From: Atractiella rhizophila
Lineage: Eukaryota
Length of the DNA stretch: 64,000 bases
Assembly (NCBI GenBank): GCA_021432655.1
Contig: MU271366.1
Span: 1 to 64,000, forward strand
Reading direction: 5' to 3'
The notes beneath the pieces are model-generated. The model made no database searches, had not been told where the DNA came from, and worked only from the letters and a program-made list of their open reading frames with translations. Shown piece by piece: positions 37,781 through 49,868 of this stretch; positions within the stretch are counted from its first letter, which is position 1; each line of letters opens with the position of its first letter. The position numbers and the translations under genes were made by a program.

Positions 37781-40700
37781 ATGACATCGGGGTCTTCCAA
37801 GTCGAGTTCTTCCCATCCAATTCCTTCTTCCAATGTCATAAGATCCACCAGAGCCTCTTCTACACCTTATCCTCCTGTTCGAGCTCGTGCGAAAAAGAGG
37901 AGGCAGGAAGAAGATGAATTGCGCTCCGCAACACGTGCCGCCCTACGCGTTGACACCATTGCGACTTGGGGCCTGTCCTTCAAAGACCGCACGATTCCTC
38001 TGGATCCAGAGCGCCCAAGGAGTCTGCCATATTTCTCAAAGGTTCAGCTCAAGCTCCAACAATCTACTGAGCAATCACCTAGTCTTCAACATGAAGCCTT
38101 CAGTTTTCCTCTTCCTCTTCCCGAACTCCATCATCGAGATCATCCTGGTGGTGGAGAGCAAGTGGAAGACGATGTTGAGATGGGCGAAGGACAATGTATC
38201 TTGGATGGAAGAGAACTGAGAGAAGGGGAGGAGGGGATGGAGCCTGACGTCGTTGACCCGGAACCTGAAGAGGAAGCGTATGACAATCCGAATCCTGAAA
38301 ATACCACACGACCTGTTGGAGCTGAAAAACTCACCCATAACACACATCTCTAGTAAGTACAACTCAAATTAAAGATATATGTTGTAGGGACTTACATGCT
38401 GGTTTGTAGCAAGGTCCGCGATATCCTCATGCCACTCTTTGATGACCCTTCTGATGATCTCCCTACTCTTCCGCCAACCTATGAGGACAACATCCTTCCA
38501 TTGAGCGACAAGGAACAACTTACTTTGGATGAATTCCGGGTCTGGCATCGAAACAATGAGAAGGAGGCTAGTTATGAAGGTCATCACCAGAACTGGACAT
38601 CACGGAATCACAAAATGTATACCCTTCCAGAGGCAAAGAAGATGATGGCGGAGCTTAGTGGGCTTGATGGGGAATGGTTGCCAATGTGTGTAGCATCCTG
38701 CTGCTCCTATCTTGGAAAATATGAAGGATTGGATCGGTGAGCACAATGCAAAAGCTCAGATCAAAAGTGCTAACAGATCATAAAGATGCCCACATTCGCG
38801 CAAGATAAACGGCGTGACTGTGGCGTGCAATCAACCTCGCTATTCTCTTTCTTATGGACGTTCTCCGATCCCAGGAGATCCAACAACTGGAAAAAAGCAG
38901 AATCAGAAAATGTTCCTATTTTGTAACCCGCTCCCTCGAATCAAAGCAATGTTTCGAGCACCACAGAGTGCAGAGAAGATGGGGTATTTTGGTAGGAAGC
39001 TGGGGGAGACTCTGGCAAAGACTGAGTTTCTGTTGGACAAGCTGAAGATGGGATACACGTACAACGATTTTCACCACGGTACGGTAGTCCAGACACTTGC
39101 CAAGGACGACATTGGCTTTATGGAAGACAAGCGTGAATCCGTTTTTATCGCTTCAACGGACGGTGCAGCCATCCACGCTACCAGAGACTCCAACATGTGG
39201 TTTGTCATTCTCACCTTTCTTGGATTCGACATGCGGGTCAGAGCAAAGCGGCTACACACTCTCTTTACGCTTGGTGTTCCTGGTCCAAATAATCCGGTCG
39301 ACATCCAATCCTTCTTTCTACCATTCTATAAAGCGATGGCGAAACTTAGTGGAGGCTTGTAGATGTGGGATGCCTCTTGCCGAACATGGTTTCTTTGGAA
39401 AGGATGGTTGATCAACAAGTTGGGTATGTTGCACGGCTCTAACGCAGTTAGTTCATGCTGATAGTAAACGAAGGGGATATGTTGGGTTCTGCCAAAGCAA
39501 ATGGCTGCACTGGCCATCAAGGCAAGTGCGGCTGTCATTTTTGCAACATTATCGGTCAGCTTCTTGAACAGCACTACTACTTCCCTTGCATCTCAATTCC
39601 GCTTGACGATGGCAGCCTTCCTAATTACCGACCAGCTATATACGACCCTCTCAACCTGCCTATGCGCACTACCACTGAGTACACTCAGACAGCAAAAGAT
39701 CTCGCCCTCGCTACAAGCCGGAAGATGCGAGCGGAGACAGCACGCGATCGTGGTGTCATTTCAATTACTCCAGTTTCAGGATTGAGAACTTTCCGTGATC
39801 CTTGGACCTTTTTTGCAGGAGATCTTGCCCATCTTCACTGGAAGAATGACGCAGAACTTATTTTTGACTCCACAATGGGCATCAACAAGCAAGAATCTCT
39901 TCCCGAACCATGGCATCCGACACAGGAAGTACGAGAAGAGTTTGGAAATATGGTCGAGCGCTCGAAGGTCGACATTCCTTACGATTTCTCCCAGGCCACT
40001 CCTCGAAATACTTATCGTTTCCGAAACACTCAGTACAAAATGCACGAATGGTGGGATGTGCACGACTGGTTGCTTATTCCCTGTCTTTCTCTTCTTGGAT
40101 TTCCAACCAAAATCCTGGAAATTCTCGACACATTTATTTGTGGCTGCCGGCTTGCATGGCAGCACAAGATCACAGAACAGGAACGGCTTCAGATTCGGGA
40201 GCTGTTTGCTTCGTTTGTTGTCAACTGGGAGAAAGTTTACGTGCATGGGGAACGCTCTCGTCTTAGCCGCATGCCAATGTGTATTCACCACCTCTTGCAC
40301 ATCGCCGATTGGATTCTCTGGTGGGGTCCTGGGATTCTTTATTCTCAGTTTCCGATGGAGGGTATGATTGGATATTTGAAGAAACACATTAACCAAGACA
40401 ACAAGTATCAAGAAAACCTTTTGAATCAGGCACTCCTTCAAGAACAAATGAATATTGTCGATGTCCTATATCCGCCTCGAAGTCTGATCCACGAGAAAGC
40501 TGGCGCTCGCTTTCGCCGATTTTCTTCGAGTTCCTCTCACAATTCAGTCTATTCACCTCGCTGGGCATCAATCCCTCTCACCAAGCTCGCCAGGCTGCAA
40601 GGCACCGTGCATACCGAGGAATGGATTCATGAGCTCAAATTGATTCGAGATTACTGCGCTTCCCGTGGCAAAAATCTTGATGGTGTAGAGTTGGAGCAAA

Positions 40701-41230
40701 TTGTAGCAAAGTGGGAGCACTGGGGCCGATGTGCCTTGGTTAATGGAGATGTTATTCGCTCTCGGAAGCTTGAAAGATCTTGGAAGTTTGCAGCTCGGAA
40801 AGCTTGCAGGTTTGAGGTGAGCTAGAGACAAAAGATTGGTGGTTTTGGTCTGACCGACGAGGTACTAGGGCGTTAACAAGGACGGAGATGTTTTCTACGG
40901 CAAAGCCATCGTCTACATTCGCGTCCCAGAGTCTTTCTTCGAACCCACCGCTAACGGGGCTGCCGATCATCTTTTCGCTCTCACCCAACTTTTCCGAAAG
41001 TACCGGAGCCGCTTCAGCAGCGAAATCCTTTGCCAATGGAGCAACACTTTCTGCCTCGTTCCTATTGACCAGATACGGCGCTTGATTGGCATTTTTCAAG
41101 CGGAAGACGGGGAGGGAAGAAGGATTGTTTGGATTCTTCACCATCATCACTCCGATACAATAATTGATCCAATACCTGAGCCGAAGGCAGACCAAGCTCT
41201 TGTTGAAGGAGATGCAGACCAAAGTGATGA
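37781..41230 (+). pseudogene. CACTA (Transposase_21-like) transposase, multi-exon, near intact with one in-frame TAG at 39360-39362
   Basis: PMCVASCCSY; IASTDGAAI...GVPGPNNPVDIQSFFLP; GDMLGSAKANGCTGHQGKCGCHFC; GDLAH; YKMHEW; CIHHLLH...WGP...QFPMEGMIG; short GT-AG introns. Confidence 0.93.
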
Positions 41231-41734
41231 AATGTATATACCTGACATAGACTCATTATAACACTCGTACCCACTCTATTTGGTTTATTCCTGAATTCAT
41301 GAAGTATTTGAGTTGTATGCATTTGTATTTACTTTTTTATTCACATATTTATAATATGACCATGAGATTGTATTAAAGCAGAACCTCGAAAAGATACTCA
41401 AGTGACAGTATTCAGAAATTTTCCTCAGATTGCGATGGCAATGGCATATGAGTCACATTTTGCTCAGTCCAACCGACACTCTTCCTTTTCCTTCAGGCAC
41501 TGTACGGTCCTGTTATTCAGCTCTATCCTGGCACTATTTGCACCAATCGCTCTCTATCTCAGCACTAAGCCGGCCCTGCAAAGTTGCAGGGTTTGAGGTG
41601 TCATATATTTGTGATATACAAGGAGAAAGGTAGAGGTTTATGAGACAGGAATACATTAGTATCTGTAACTAAATTATAGAGCAATAGTTTGGTACTATTC
41701 AACATTTAAAAATCTTCATGAGATGCTCATACCT

Positions 41735-41835
41735 CCAGAACCCTGCGATGTGAGCAGTATTGCCTTGATACTCAGCATCAACAGCAGTTTTTCCATCCTT
41801 GTAAGCTTGAATCCAACGGTGAGTCCGGTGTTCAA
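41735..41835 (-). pseudogene. Very short remnant resembling the C-terminus of fungal IS630/Tc1-type transposases
   Basis: RTHRWIQAYKDGKTAVDAEY, then after a frameshift RQYCSHRRV, similar to the R..R.M.AY..G...KY.SHRR tail. Confidence 0.35.
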
Positions 41836-42199
41836 TTTACAGTTAGTTGAGAGGAGCACTGAGCATATGAGCAGATAGTATAGCTCTAATCTCAAAAGAA
41901 GGCAGCATATACTCTGCAGAGAGGCTAGAAACCGTCTTCTTTGACATCATTGCACGGTCCGCTCCATCATCAGAACAATCGTCCCATCTTCCTATGAAGG
42001 ATGACAATGTCGCAGATCAATGCAGAACTTTCATTGTCTCAAGATACGAATCAGACACCGTCGTTTCAACAGGGGTGTGCATGTATGACATCCGCCATTC
42101 ACCTCACTTTGCTGCTCAATGTGTGGTATGGAAGGTAGCAAGAGCACCTTCCTCTGATCCTGACGTCTTCCATGCTATCGTCATTCGCCATGGGAAAAA

Positions 42200-43625
42200 A
42201 TAACCAAGCAGTATCAGCGATTGAGGAGTCAAAGAGGATTTAGGGATAAAGAAGCCAAGTAATCATAAAGTCCTGCCATGTTATTTCAGCTTGATGATGA
42301 AGAAGGTGCATATTCATGGTAAGAGGGAGGACTTGAACTGTGGGCCAGAAAGGACTGTTGATAATGCATGCACTGACAATCTGTGCCTGTGAAGCTTTGG
42401 GAATCACTGATAGGCATTGTCACATATCACCAGAAAAATTATTAGAGCTGAACTCTTTGGCTTGATTCACTCACACCAAAATTAACTCCATTAAAAGGGG
42501 CATCTACTTTGCACATGTCTCTAAGCATCTGGTCGACTGCTTGAAAGCACCATCGATGGCTCATTCCTACTTCATCCCAAATTATCAATTCTGCCTCACA
42601 GTAAAGTTGCCCATGATCACTTTAAGCAGTAATACTACAGACTGAGTCGGCATCAATGTCCAGTGGGATCCGGAAGCGTGTATGGGCCGTTCGTCCTCCT
42701 TCCAGCAGGATAGCGGCAATACCTGAAGAGGCCACTGCTAGTGCAATTTTCCTAGATGACCGAACCTTGGCAAGGAGTAAATTTTCCGCAAATGTCTTTC
42801 CGGTCCCTCCTGGTCCATCGACAAAGAACAATCCACCATTTCCACCTTGTCATGCTGCTATGATCGTGTCATAAGCGTGACGTTGATCTTTGTTCAATAG
42901 TGGCAACTCTGTCTCAAGGTGTGTCTGAAGTAATGATCAATCATGTGCAAGCTCTTCACCAATAATCCTTGTCTCCCCTCCTCATCTCTCAAACCTCTCT
43001 GTCATTTGTGGTAGTCCAAATCAGTTAGAGTTTTACCACAGGCCTGGAGAAGATCTTCAATTTCAAGGAGACTGTTGTTTTTCTCTGCTGCTTTTTTAAC
43101 CTCAAACAAATGTATTATGTTTGGCTGAGCTCTTGCAAATGCATGAGCAGCAGAAACACCAGAACAGGTGTTTATATACCTGAGAGCTTGTGGCAAATAG
43201 AAATTTCCAGAATGTTCATGAAGAAAGTATTACTAACATTTTACACATCTCCAACAGAGACAAAGACTGATAGTCTGCTCCTGTGTTGGATTGTCTGTGC
43301 TATGCTTTGTTTGTAGAAGGTGTTTACAATTGTCGCTGAGCTGCCCATTATGGCTATCCCATAGTCTTCTGGGTTCTGGGTTCCACTGACAACACCAAAT
43401 AATAGAATATAGACGAAGAGAGACCACATTGCAAAGCCATTCTTTGGCTTCATCAAGGCAATAATCCAATTCTTCATCACTTTCTAACAACCCAAGAGCC
43501 ACACATGCAACCTTAAAGTCTCATGGATGGTTCCATCTACTGTCCGGATATATTCAAAAGATTTTGGGCTGACAACTTTATGGAGGAGCATTTGGAGATA
43601 GAATTGTTCCCTTGTGGAGATCGAC
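42200..43625 (-). pseudogene. Helitron PIF1-like helicase region, disrupted
   Basis: EQFYLQMLLHKVVSPKSFEYIRTVDG; ALGLLESDEE; FFVDGPGGTGKTF...AVASSGIAAILLEGGRTAHTRFRIPL; LIIWDE; QCLSVIPKAS; LPLTMNMH. Confidence 0.93.
43073..43256 (-). mobile_element. Solo LTR (family B-related) inserted in the Helitron helicase
   Basis: TGTTG...CAACA, 184 bp, TSD GAGAC; removing it restores the Helitron frame ISLCLLEIEDLL. Confidence 0.9.
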
Positions 43626-43689
43626 ATGACGCTAGATAACATCTCTGCTATGGCATCCGAGAAATTTAGCTTCCAATTTTCGGCAAGGA

Positions 43690-44381
43690 GAGATATAGGA
43701 AGTGCCCATACGTATATCTTTGAATCCTCTGCCACCTTTAAGAAATACTTATCCAGAATTCGTTGGCCAATTGCGGTGCCACCTTGAATTGCTGCATGTT
43801 TATCGGGGACGTGAATGTTGCTGTCAAGTTCATATGTTTCATAGAGGCGAGAAAGATGGACACCAATATTATTGAAGAGGGGGATGACACAAGCTATATT
43901 AGCGAAGCTGGTCTTGGACATCAAGTCTGTAGCCTGTTGGAACAGCTGAACCAGATATGTCAGAAGATCAGTGGCGAAAAACACAGTATCACACCTGGAG
44001 AGTTGAGTTTGCTTGCTCCATGATCTCCTACTCTGCTCTGGTCAATCTGCAGCGCTCAAGCTTTAAGCTTGGTTTACTACATATATTCGTTAGTGCATGT
44101 TTTAAGCCCAAGGCTCCATCAATCATTGCGCCTTCGCCATTTACAACATGTGGGCAAGCCATGACAAGGTGGATGGGAGGAGACAGATGTTTGAGGGGAT
44201 CTTCGGGATCATCCTTCTTAAGAGCGACAACCTCATCATCTAGTTTACTCCTCAGTGCATCATTCAGCGCCACCCTCTTTTGTCAGATTTGCAAGCTGTT
44301 TCATCAGTCACCAATGATAAGCGAGTAATTGTAAAGTAGACTGGGAGGACTACATTAGCGAGCATAAACTGAGCCTCCGAT
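43690..44381 (-). pseudogene. hAT transposase C-terminal-half fragment
   Basis: AMIDGALGLKHAL...LTRAE; LFQQATDLMSKTSFANIACVIPLF...ILDKYF...SKIYVWA. Confidence 0.75.
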
Positions 44382-47360
44382 TAGAGGTGTCTACGAGTAC
44401 GGGATTCGCGGGTACTCACGTTGCGGGTACTCACCCACAACAAGTTACGAGACGGCCGTTTGGCTTTTTTCACGAGACGGGTACCTCTTGTGCCGTACCC
44501 ACACTGTACGCAAATCATCCAAGCATCAGCCTGGGTATCCCTGCTGTGCTAGGCTCCTCCGCTGCCCCAATGGTCCAATCCAACCAACCCTTCCCAACCA
44601 CAAACGTCCAGCTGCTGCATGGACATCGACAGGGCTCTCTTAGAGTCGCAACTGCTCGCCTCTAGTTTTCTTTCATCTCAATTCGAATCCAAACAAGTGC
44701 CCTTTTGTCCCCTCCTCTTCACGACCAACAACGCTCGACACCAACCATCTATCTGTGATATTCTACGTGTACGATTCCCGTGAGCATCATCTGATGGCTT
44801 CTACGCCAGACTTTGAGATTCTTTCCTTGTTCTTTTTGTCAAGTTATTTCTGTAGTAAGTCTTCCTTTAAAAGTTGCTTGTTGGACTAGTAGCTAACACC
44901 ATCTTCAATCCAGAGTTGAATTCGCACTACAACATCATGTCTGAAGCTGAGGCAGAAGGCCCGGTTTTGCAGAACAATCCTCACTCCAAATCCTTCTCCT
45001 CAACCCCAATCAGCTCTCAGAAGGATGACCTTGCCCCTACCATCAATGCCCCGAAGAGAAAGTTGGTGAAGAAGCCTCATGATCCCGCTTTGGATTCAGA
45101 TTCAGACCTTTCTGATGATGAAAATGATTTCCGTAAGTCTACTTCGCTCATATTTCAAGAGCCGTATGTTTACTACTGGTGCAAGGTTGCCGTAAGCGCA
45201 CCTGGGTCTCCTAGAAGACAAGGGAGCTCTATGCTCATTTTTGTATTGAAAAAGCGCAGGGATATGAAAGGTTACAATCGGAGGACGCTTCAAGGAGAGT
45301 TATACATTGCATATTATTGCAAAGAGTGTGTTACTGCCTACTCATTTCCTTTCACTGACTTTCTGCTGTCCAGATCACCAGAAAGTCCTCCCCTTCTTCG
45401 CGCCATAAGCGATGTTACGACTACCAACCTGCGCAAGCACTTCAATAGGTGCATCCTCGAAAGAAATCCCAATGCCAATAACGACATTTGCTGTCCTCTC
45501 AGCTGCACATACACTCGCGCCGCCTTTCGTGTTCTGTCAACACAGTGGATTGTTGAGAGCAGACGGCCGTTCTCGATTCTTCAAGCTTCAGGACCGAAAA
45601 CTTCAAGAGATTCTGCGCGTGCTCTACAATGGAATTAATATCCATGGCCGGACGACTGTATCACTGGACATTAAGCGGTATTACGAGCTTTCGAAGGCAA
45701 TTGTTGTGAAGGAACTCCAGGTTTGTTCTTTTTCACTCCAGGAATCAGTTAGCATAGTACTTATGATTGTATTGGCAATGGGACAGACTCAACGGGGCGC
45801 ACTTCATTCAACAACTGACGTCTGGACTGCTTCTAATCGCACAAATCTCCTCACGTTGACGATACATCGGTACAAAGATGACATGCTTCAGCAATTCCTC
45901 CTGGATTTAATCCTGTAAGTTTCCGCCCCGTTCGTGGCTTTGACGAAATACTTATTTTGCTCATGGTCAGTTTACATGGACGGCATACGGGCGAACTGCT
46001 TGCGAGAACGATAGCAGCGACGTGGGATGAGTTTAAGATTTGTGGAAAGGTATGCAATGTTTTATCTTTGTTCACCTCCAGCGCTGAATCCGATTTCCTA
46101 GGTTATCACACTCAGCGGAGACATTGCTTCCAACAACCTCTCAGCTGCTGAAAGACTTAGAACTGAGATAAAGTGGATAACGGGGAAGGACACATTTTTA
46201 GGCAAGAATGCCTACTCTCGGTGCTCGGGGCATGTTGTGAATCTTGTTATGCTGGTAAGCAACTCTTTGTTAGAGATGTCAACGAGTTTGGTACTCGTGG
46301 GTACTTGTGCCACAGGTACCCATGCACAACAAGTTACAAATCAGCTACAGAGGGTAAATTTTCATCAGGGGTACCTGTTCGTATTCCCTGCTAAGTATCT
46401 AAGAGTACTCATGAGCATATGTCCTGAAATGGCAGGTACATGTGGGGTACTCGTATGAAAGAGTTAGAGAGAGTTTTATATCAAATTTTAATCTTTTTCA
46501 CATTCAAAATGGCTCTATCTGGATCTGAGATACAAGTAATAGTGGTGTTTAAGTCATAAGTAATGTATAATAAGTCATCTATCTAAACTAATATGTCTAA
46601 ACTGTAAAATTATGTTGATGAGTAGAGTCTAAGTCAATATAAGGGTACCCGTGAGTAGTACTCGTGAGTACAAGGGTACCTGTGTCAAAGGTCACAACAA
46701 GTTACAAATCAGGCTTTAAGCTGATCGATACTCGTGAGTAAGGGTACCCGTACTCGCGAGTCCTACTCGTTGGCATCTCTACTCTTTGTTTCTTTATTTG
46801 ACTTCAACTGCATGCTCATTCTGATACAGATGTGAGCAGGCTATGTACTCACTATTCCTCTATAAACGTGGCAAAGGAGAAGGTGATATCGACGAAGAAG
46901 AAGTGCTCTTTGGCGCAGTTCCAGAGAATGAGGTTGACGAAGGAGAAAACGACGCCGATGTGGAGGCTCTTCTCAACCAAGTCGGCGACCTTTTGAGCAA
47001 AATGGAAGCTGAGGAAGGAGTCGAAGAAGAGTCGGAGTCGGAGGTGTTCAAACCCTTGGCCAAGTTAACAGAAGACGAAAAGAAAGCAGCGAAATTTCTA
47101 TTAACCAAGGTGCGTTATCTCAACCCTTTGCCTGAGCGCTCCCTCCTATTCACACTTAATGATGTTGACTTAGGTTGTACACATGGCAAAGGGGATTCAT
47201 TTTTCCACACCGAAGGCAGAACTGCTAAAGTCGTTGGCGAAAGAGAATCAAGTCGAATATAAGGAGCTAGCACGGGCAGTAAGGTGTGTTAAAACTTGTT
47301 GTCGTTACAAATTCTAACGTCTTCTTGGTGCAGGCACCGCTGGAACGCTTACCATCTTGC
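44382..47360 (+). mobile_element. hAT element: left TIR plus 5' two-thirds of the transposase, truncated at the RW motif
   Basis: TIR TAGAGGTGTCTACGAGT at 44382 with GGGTAC subterminal repeats; TTNLRKH; WIVESRRPFSI; STTDVWT; HTGELLA; DIASNN; RCSGHVVNL; HRWNA. No right TIR seen. Confidence 0.9.
46271..46781. mobile_element. Non-autonomous hAT (MITE), 511 bp
   Basis: TIR TAGAGATG(T/C)CAACGAGT at both ends; 8-bp TSD CTCTTTGT (46263-46270, 46782-46789); many GGGTAC/GTACTC and ACAACAAGTTAC repeats. Confidence 0.95.
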
Positions 47361-47385
47361 GTACGGTGTCAGCAAGGAAACAAGG

Positions 47386-48798
47386 TCATGGAAAGTGGCA
47401 GAAGGGGCCATCTGGTGAATCCTTCAGGGTGCCGATGTCGAGTTCTTGGATGTTGACGTTGTCCAATAGGCTACCGACGGCCGCAAAGGAGGATCCTATG
47501 AAGGATAACTTCGAAATCCACGGCATCATTTCGAGAAGCCAATTGATGATATGTACGCTGGTCGCATGCTGCGGTTCCACGGCGAGTTCCTTGAGCGGCG
47601 GAAAGGTTATATGTTGGGGTGACTCTCCTTTCTCGTCAGAGTCGATCTCGTGAACCGCACGACCTTGGAGACGTTCGATCGTCATGTTTTGAAGATGCGG
47701 GCAATTGATGCATAGAAAGAGGCTAACTTCTGACAGTCCCCGTCTAAGGTGCATGCATTTGAGACCACGCAAGGCGCGAAAAGCTAATATCATCTCAGCT
47801 CCGAACATAAAATCGTGTCCCTCCTTTTGGTTAAAGTGCACCATATCCAATTCGTCGAGATACTGTCCTAATTTCTCCAAAACTTTGAAGAATGTTGTGA
47901 GGTACAAACTGTGCTCGACCTGAGCATTGCCGGACAAAGTGGAGTGTAAATCGTAATGTCGCAACGGGACTACGGTCATTCTCAGCTTCCGTACCATACT
48001 GCTGAGCGATGCAGTCATCGAAAGCACAAAGAGGAGAGGACAACAAGCAGTTGCCTTTGATATCTTGATCTGAGAAAATATCGCTTGATGGCACGGATTG
48101 ACGAAGCGTTTGCTGGTAAGTTGCAGATTTCGCACGCCCTTCACGTCCAGGCATCCAGCAACCCTTACAAGCAGTTCAACCGGTAAAGCCATCAAAGCAG
48201 AATTGCAGGTTGCCGTCACAAAGGAGGTTGCAGTCAAAATCATGCATGATTCACCTTCTACCAGAAACGTGTCACAGAGCAGAACGACAGGTCTCGCCGT
48301 GGAGAGAAAGGATGTGACGAGAGAAATCTCGCTGATCCACAAGTGAAAAATCGGACATAAATTCTGCAGTAAGAGAATACGAACCCTTCCATCACTTCTA
48401 AACCATAATCCATCGTAACAGGTGTCATCCTCCAGATCGTGAGGAATATAACGATTGTGAGGCGAAGGAGGGACAGGAACAAAAGGGAAAATGGGCTGGG
48501 CTCGTTCAGGAGGTTCCGGAAACCACTGACAGAAAGATTGCTCAAACTGCAGACCACTTTGGGTGAACATAGTTTCTACCAGTGATGTACCCACTTGGTT
48601 GAGGAGAGACACCTTGATGCAATATTTGGAATCTTTTGGAATATCCCGCTTCACAGTGTTCACAGCCGATTTGATTGCAGCCAGACATGAAACTCCAGCT
48701 CGCAGATGTTGTTGGATAGCATCACGAAGGCTGCACAGGAAGGTATAAACACGTGCATGCCTTGATTTTCGCGGACACTGCGCCAATATCACCAACAT
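47386..48798 (-). CDS. F-box domain protein (470-aa open frame; probably more exons upstream, to about 49.7 kb)
   Basis: LMALPVELLVRVAGCLDVKGVRNLQLTSKRF...CHQAIFSQIKI followed by LRR-like repeats (CPHLQNMTI, PPLKELAV). Confidence 0.7.
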   Translation of the reverse strand: MLVILAQCPRKSRHARVYTFLCSLRDAIQQHLRAGVSCLAAIKSAVNTVKRDIPKDSKYCIKVSLLNQVGTSLVETMFTQSGLQFEQSFCQWFPEPPERAQPIFPFVPVPPSPHNRYIPHDLEDDTCYDGLWFRSDGRVRILLLQNLCPIFHLWISEISLVTSFLSTARPVVLLCDTFLVEGESCMILTATSFVTATCNSALMALPVELLVRVAGCLDVKGVRNLQLTSKRFVNPCHQAIFSQIKISKATACCPLLFVLSMTASLSSMVRKLRMTVVPLRHYDLHSTLSGNAQVEHSLYLTTFFKVLEKLGQYLDELDMVHFNQKEGHDFMFGAEMILAFRALRGLKCMHLRRGLSEVSLFLCINCPHLQNMTIERLQGRAVHEIDSDEKGESPQHITFPPLKELAVEPQHATSVHIINWLLEMMPWISKLSFIGSSFAAVGSLLDNVNIQELDIGTLKDSPDGPFCHFP

Positions 48799-49868
48799 TT
48801 CACGCTGACATCACGAAATACCTACCTTGAAACTGAAATTCGCAGGTGGGATTAATGTCCTTCCGATTAGAACGCTGGGATTTAAATCACACTTTAAATT
48901 GAAAGACATGGCCAGCAAATCCCCTGCTATATTTTTGAACGTCATTAGGAACGATGGCCAGCTACGAAGCAAACCTACGAAGAACACCCCGTCCTGTGTC
49001 GTCAGAATCTGAGTCTCAGGGGTCGTCCCGCATATTATACAGGTCTTCTCCAAAGCGTTCATAGCTGCTGTATGCTAAAGGAAGCGGATCAAACTACCGA
49101 GCATTAGACAGATTGGACCGACAAATAGAATACAAACAGGTATGTCACCATATCAAGTCAACGACAAAGTTGGTTGCCACGCGTGCAATGTCAAATGTTT
49201 GTTGGTACGCATGAAAATGTCAGAAAAAACATTTTTTAGTCTTTCGACGATATGATTGGCAATCTTTCCAGTGTGAAGAAGTACCTCCTGTACAATGCCT
49301 TCAGAAGAACAATCACTTTCAAGAGATAGCGATAGAATACTCACTCGTGATAGCGATGGTTTCCGAAATAGTTGAACAGTCTGCACACGGTCGACTGGGA
49401 GTCGAAGGAATGCGCTGAATGCTTTCACGAGGGGAAGAATGATGGATGATGACTCCAACTCATCCGAGAAAAGGCGGGGGCCTTCCAGCCATGGTTCTAG
49501 GTCGTGATGTAGGAGATGGTGACAGAATTGGTCAAGGTCAGCGGCCCCCATAGTTGCCGCAATTGTGGCCACGCTGGCGACATCGGCCACTGCGACTTCA
49601 ATTCCTTGACCTTGGATCCGTCGCAAAATTGTAGAGGTGGTTTCATCGGCGTAGATATGAAACTCCCACGGTGTAGCGACGAGGAGGACAGCTTCACAAT
49701 GGAGCTCGCCAAAAATATAGGACTATGGGATCATGGTTTTGACACCTGCTCTGGAAACAGTTGAGGAGATTACATACCTGAAAGTGAGAAACATTTGCGC
49801 CAGGTAGTCGAGCCGAGAATATCCTGTCAGTGACGTGTAGTTTGATCATGTTGAATAATAGAGCTGTC

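Larger units (their letters stand above)
34328..41591 (+). mobile_element. Full-length CACTA/EnSpm DNA transposon no.2 (~7.3 kb)
   Basis: 34-bp TIRs (34328-34361 / 41558-41591, 30/34 match) starting CCCTG; TTTGAGG directly repeated on both flanks; encloses a transposase and divergent accessory ORFs. Confidence 0.9.

Noticed and set aside
2370..43625. Rep (2.4-3.5 kb) and helicase (42.2-43.6 kb) as halves of one giant Helitron
   Set aside because: On the minus strand the helicase would come before Rep, the wrong order; they are separate relics.
43690..47360. Minus-strand hAT C-half and plus-strand N-half as one inverted element
   Set aside because: Both cover the RW-motif region with different sequences, so they come from different elements.
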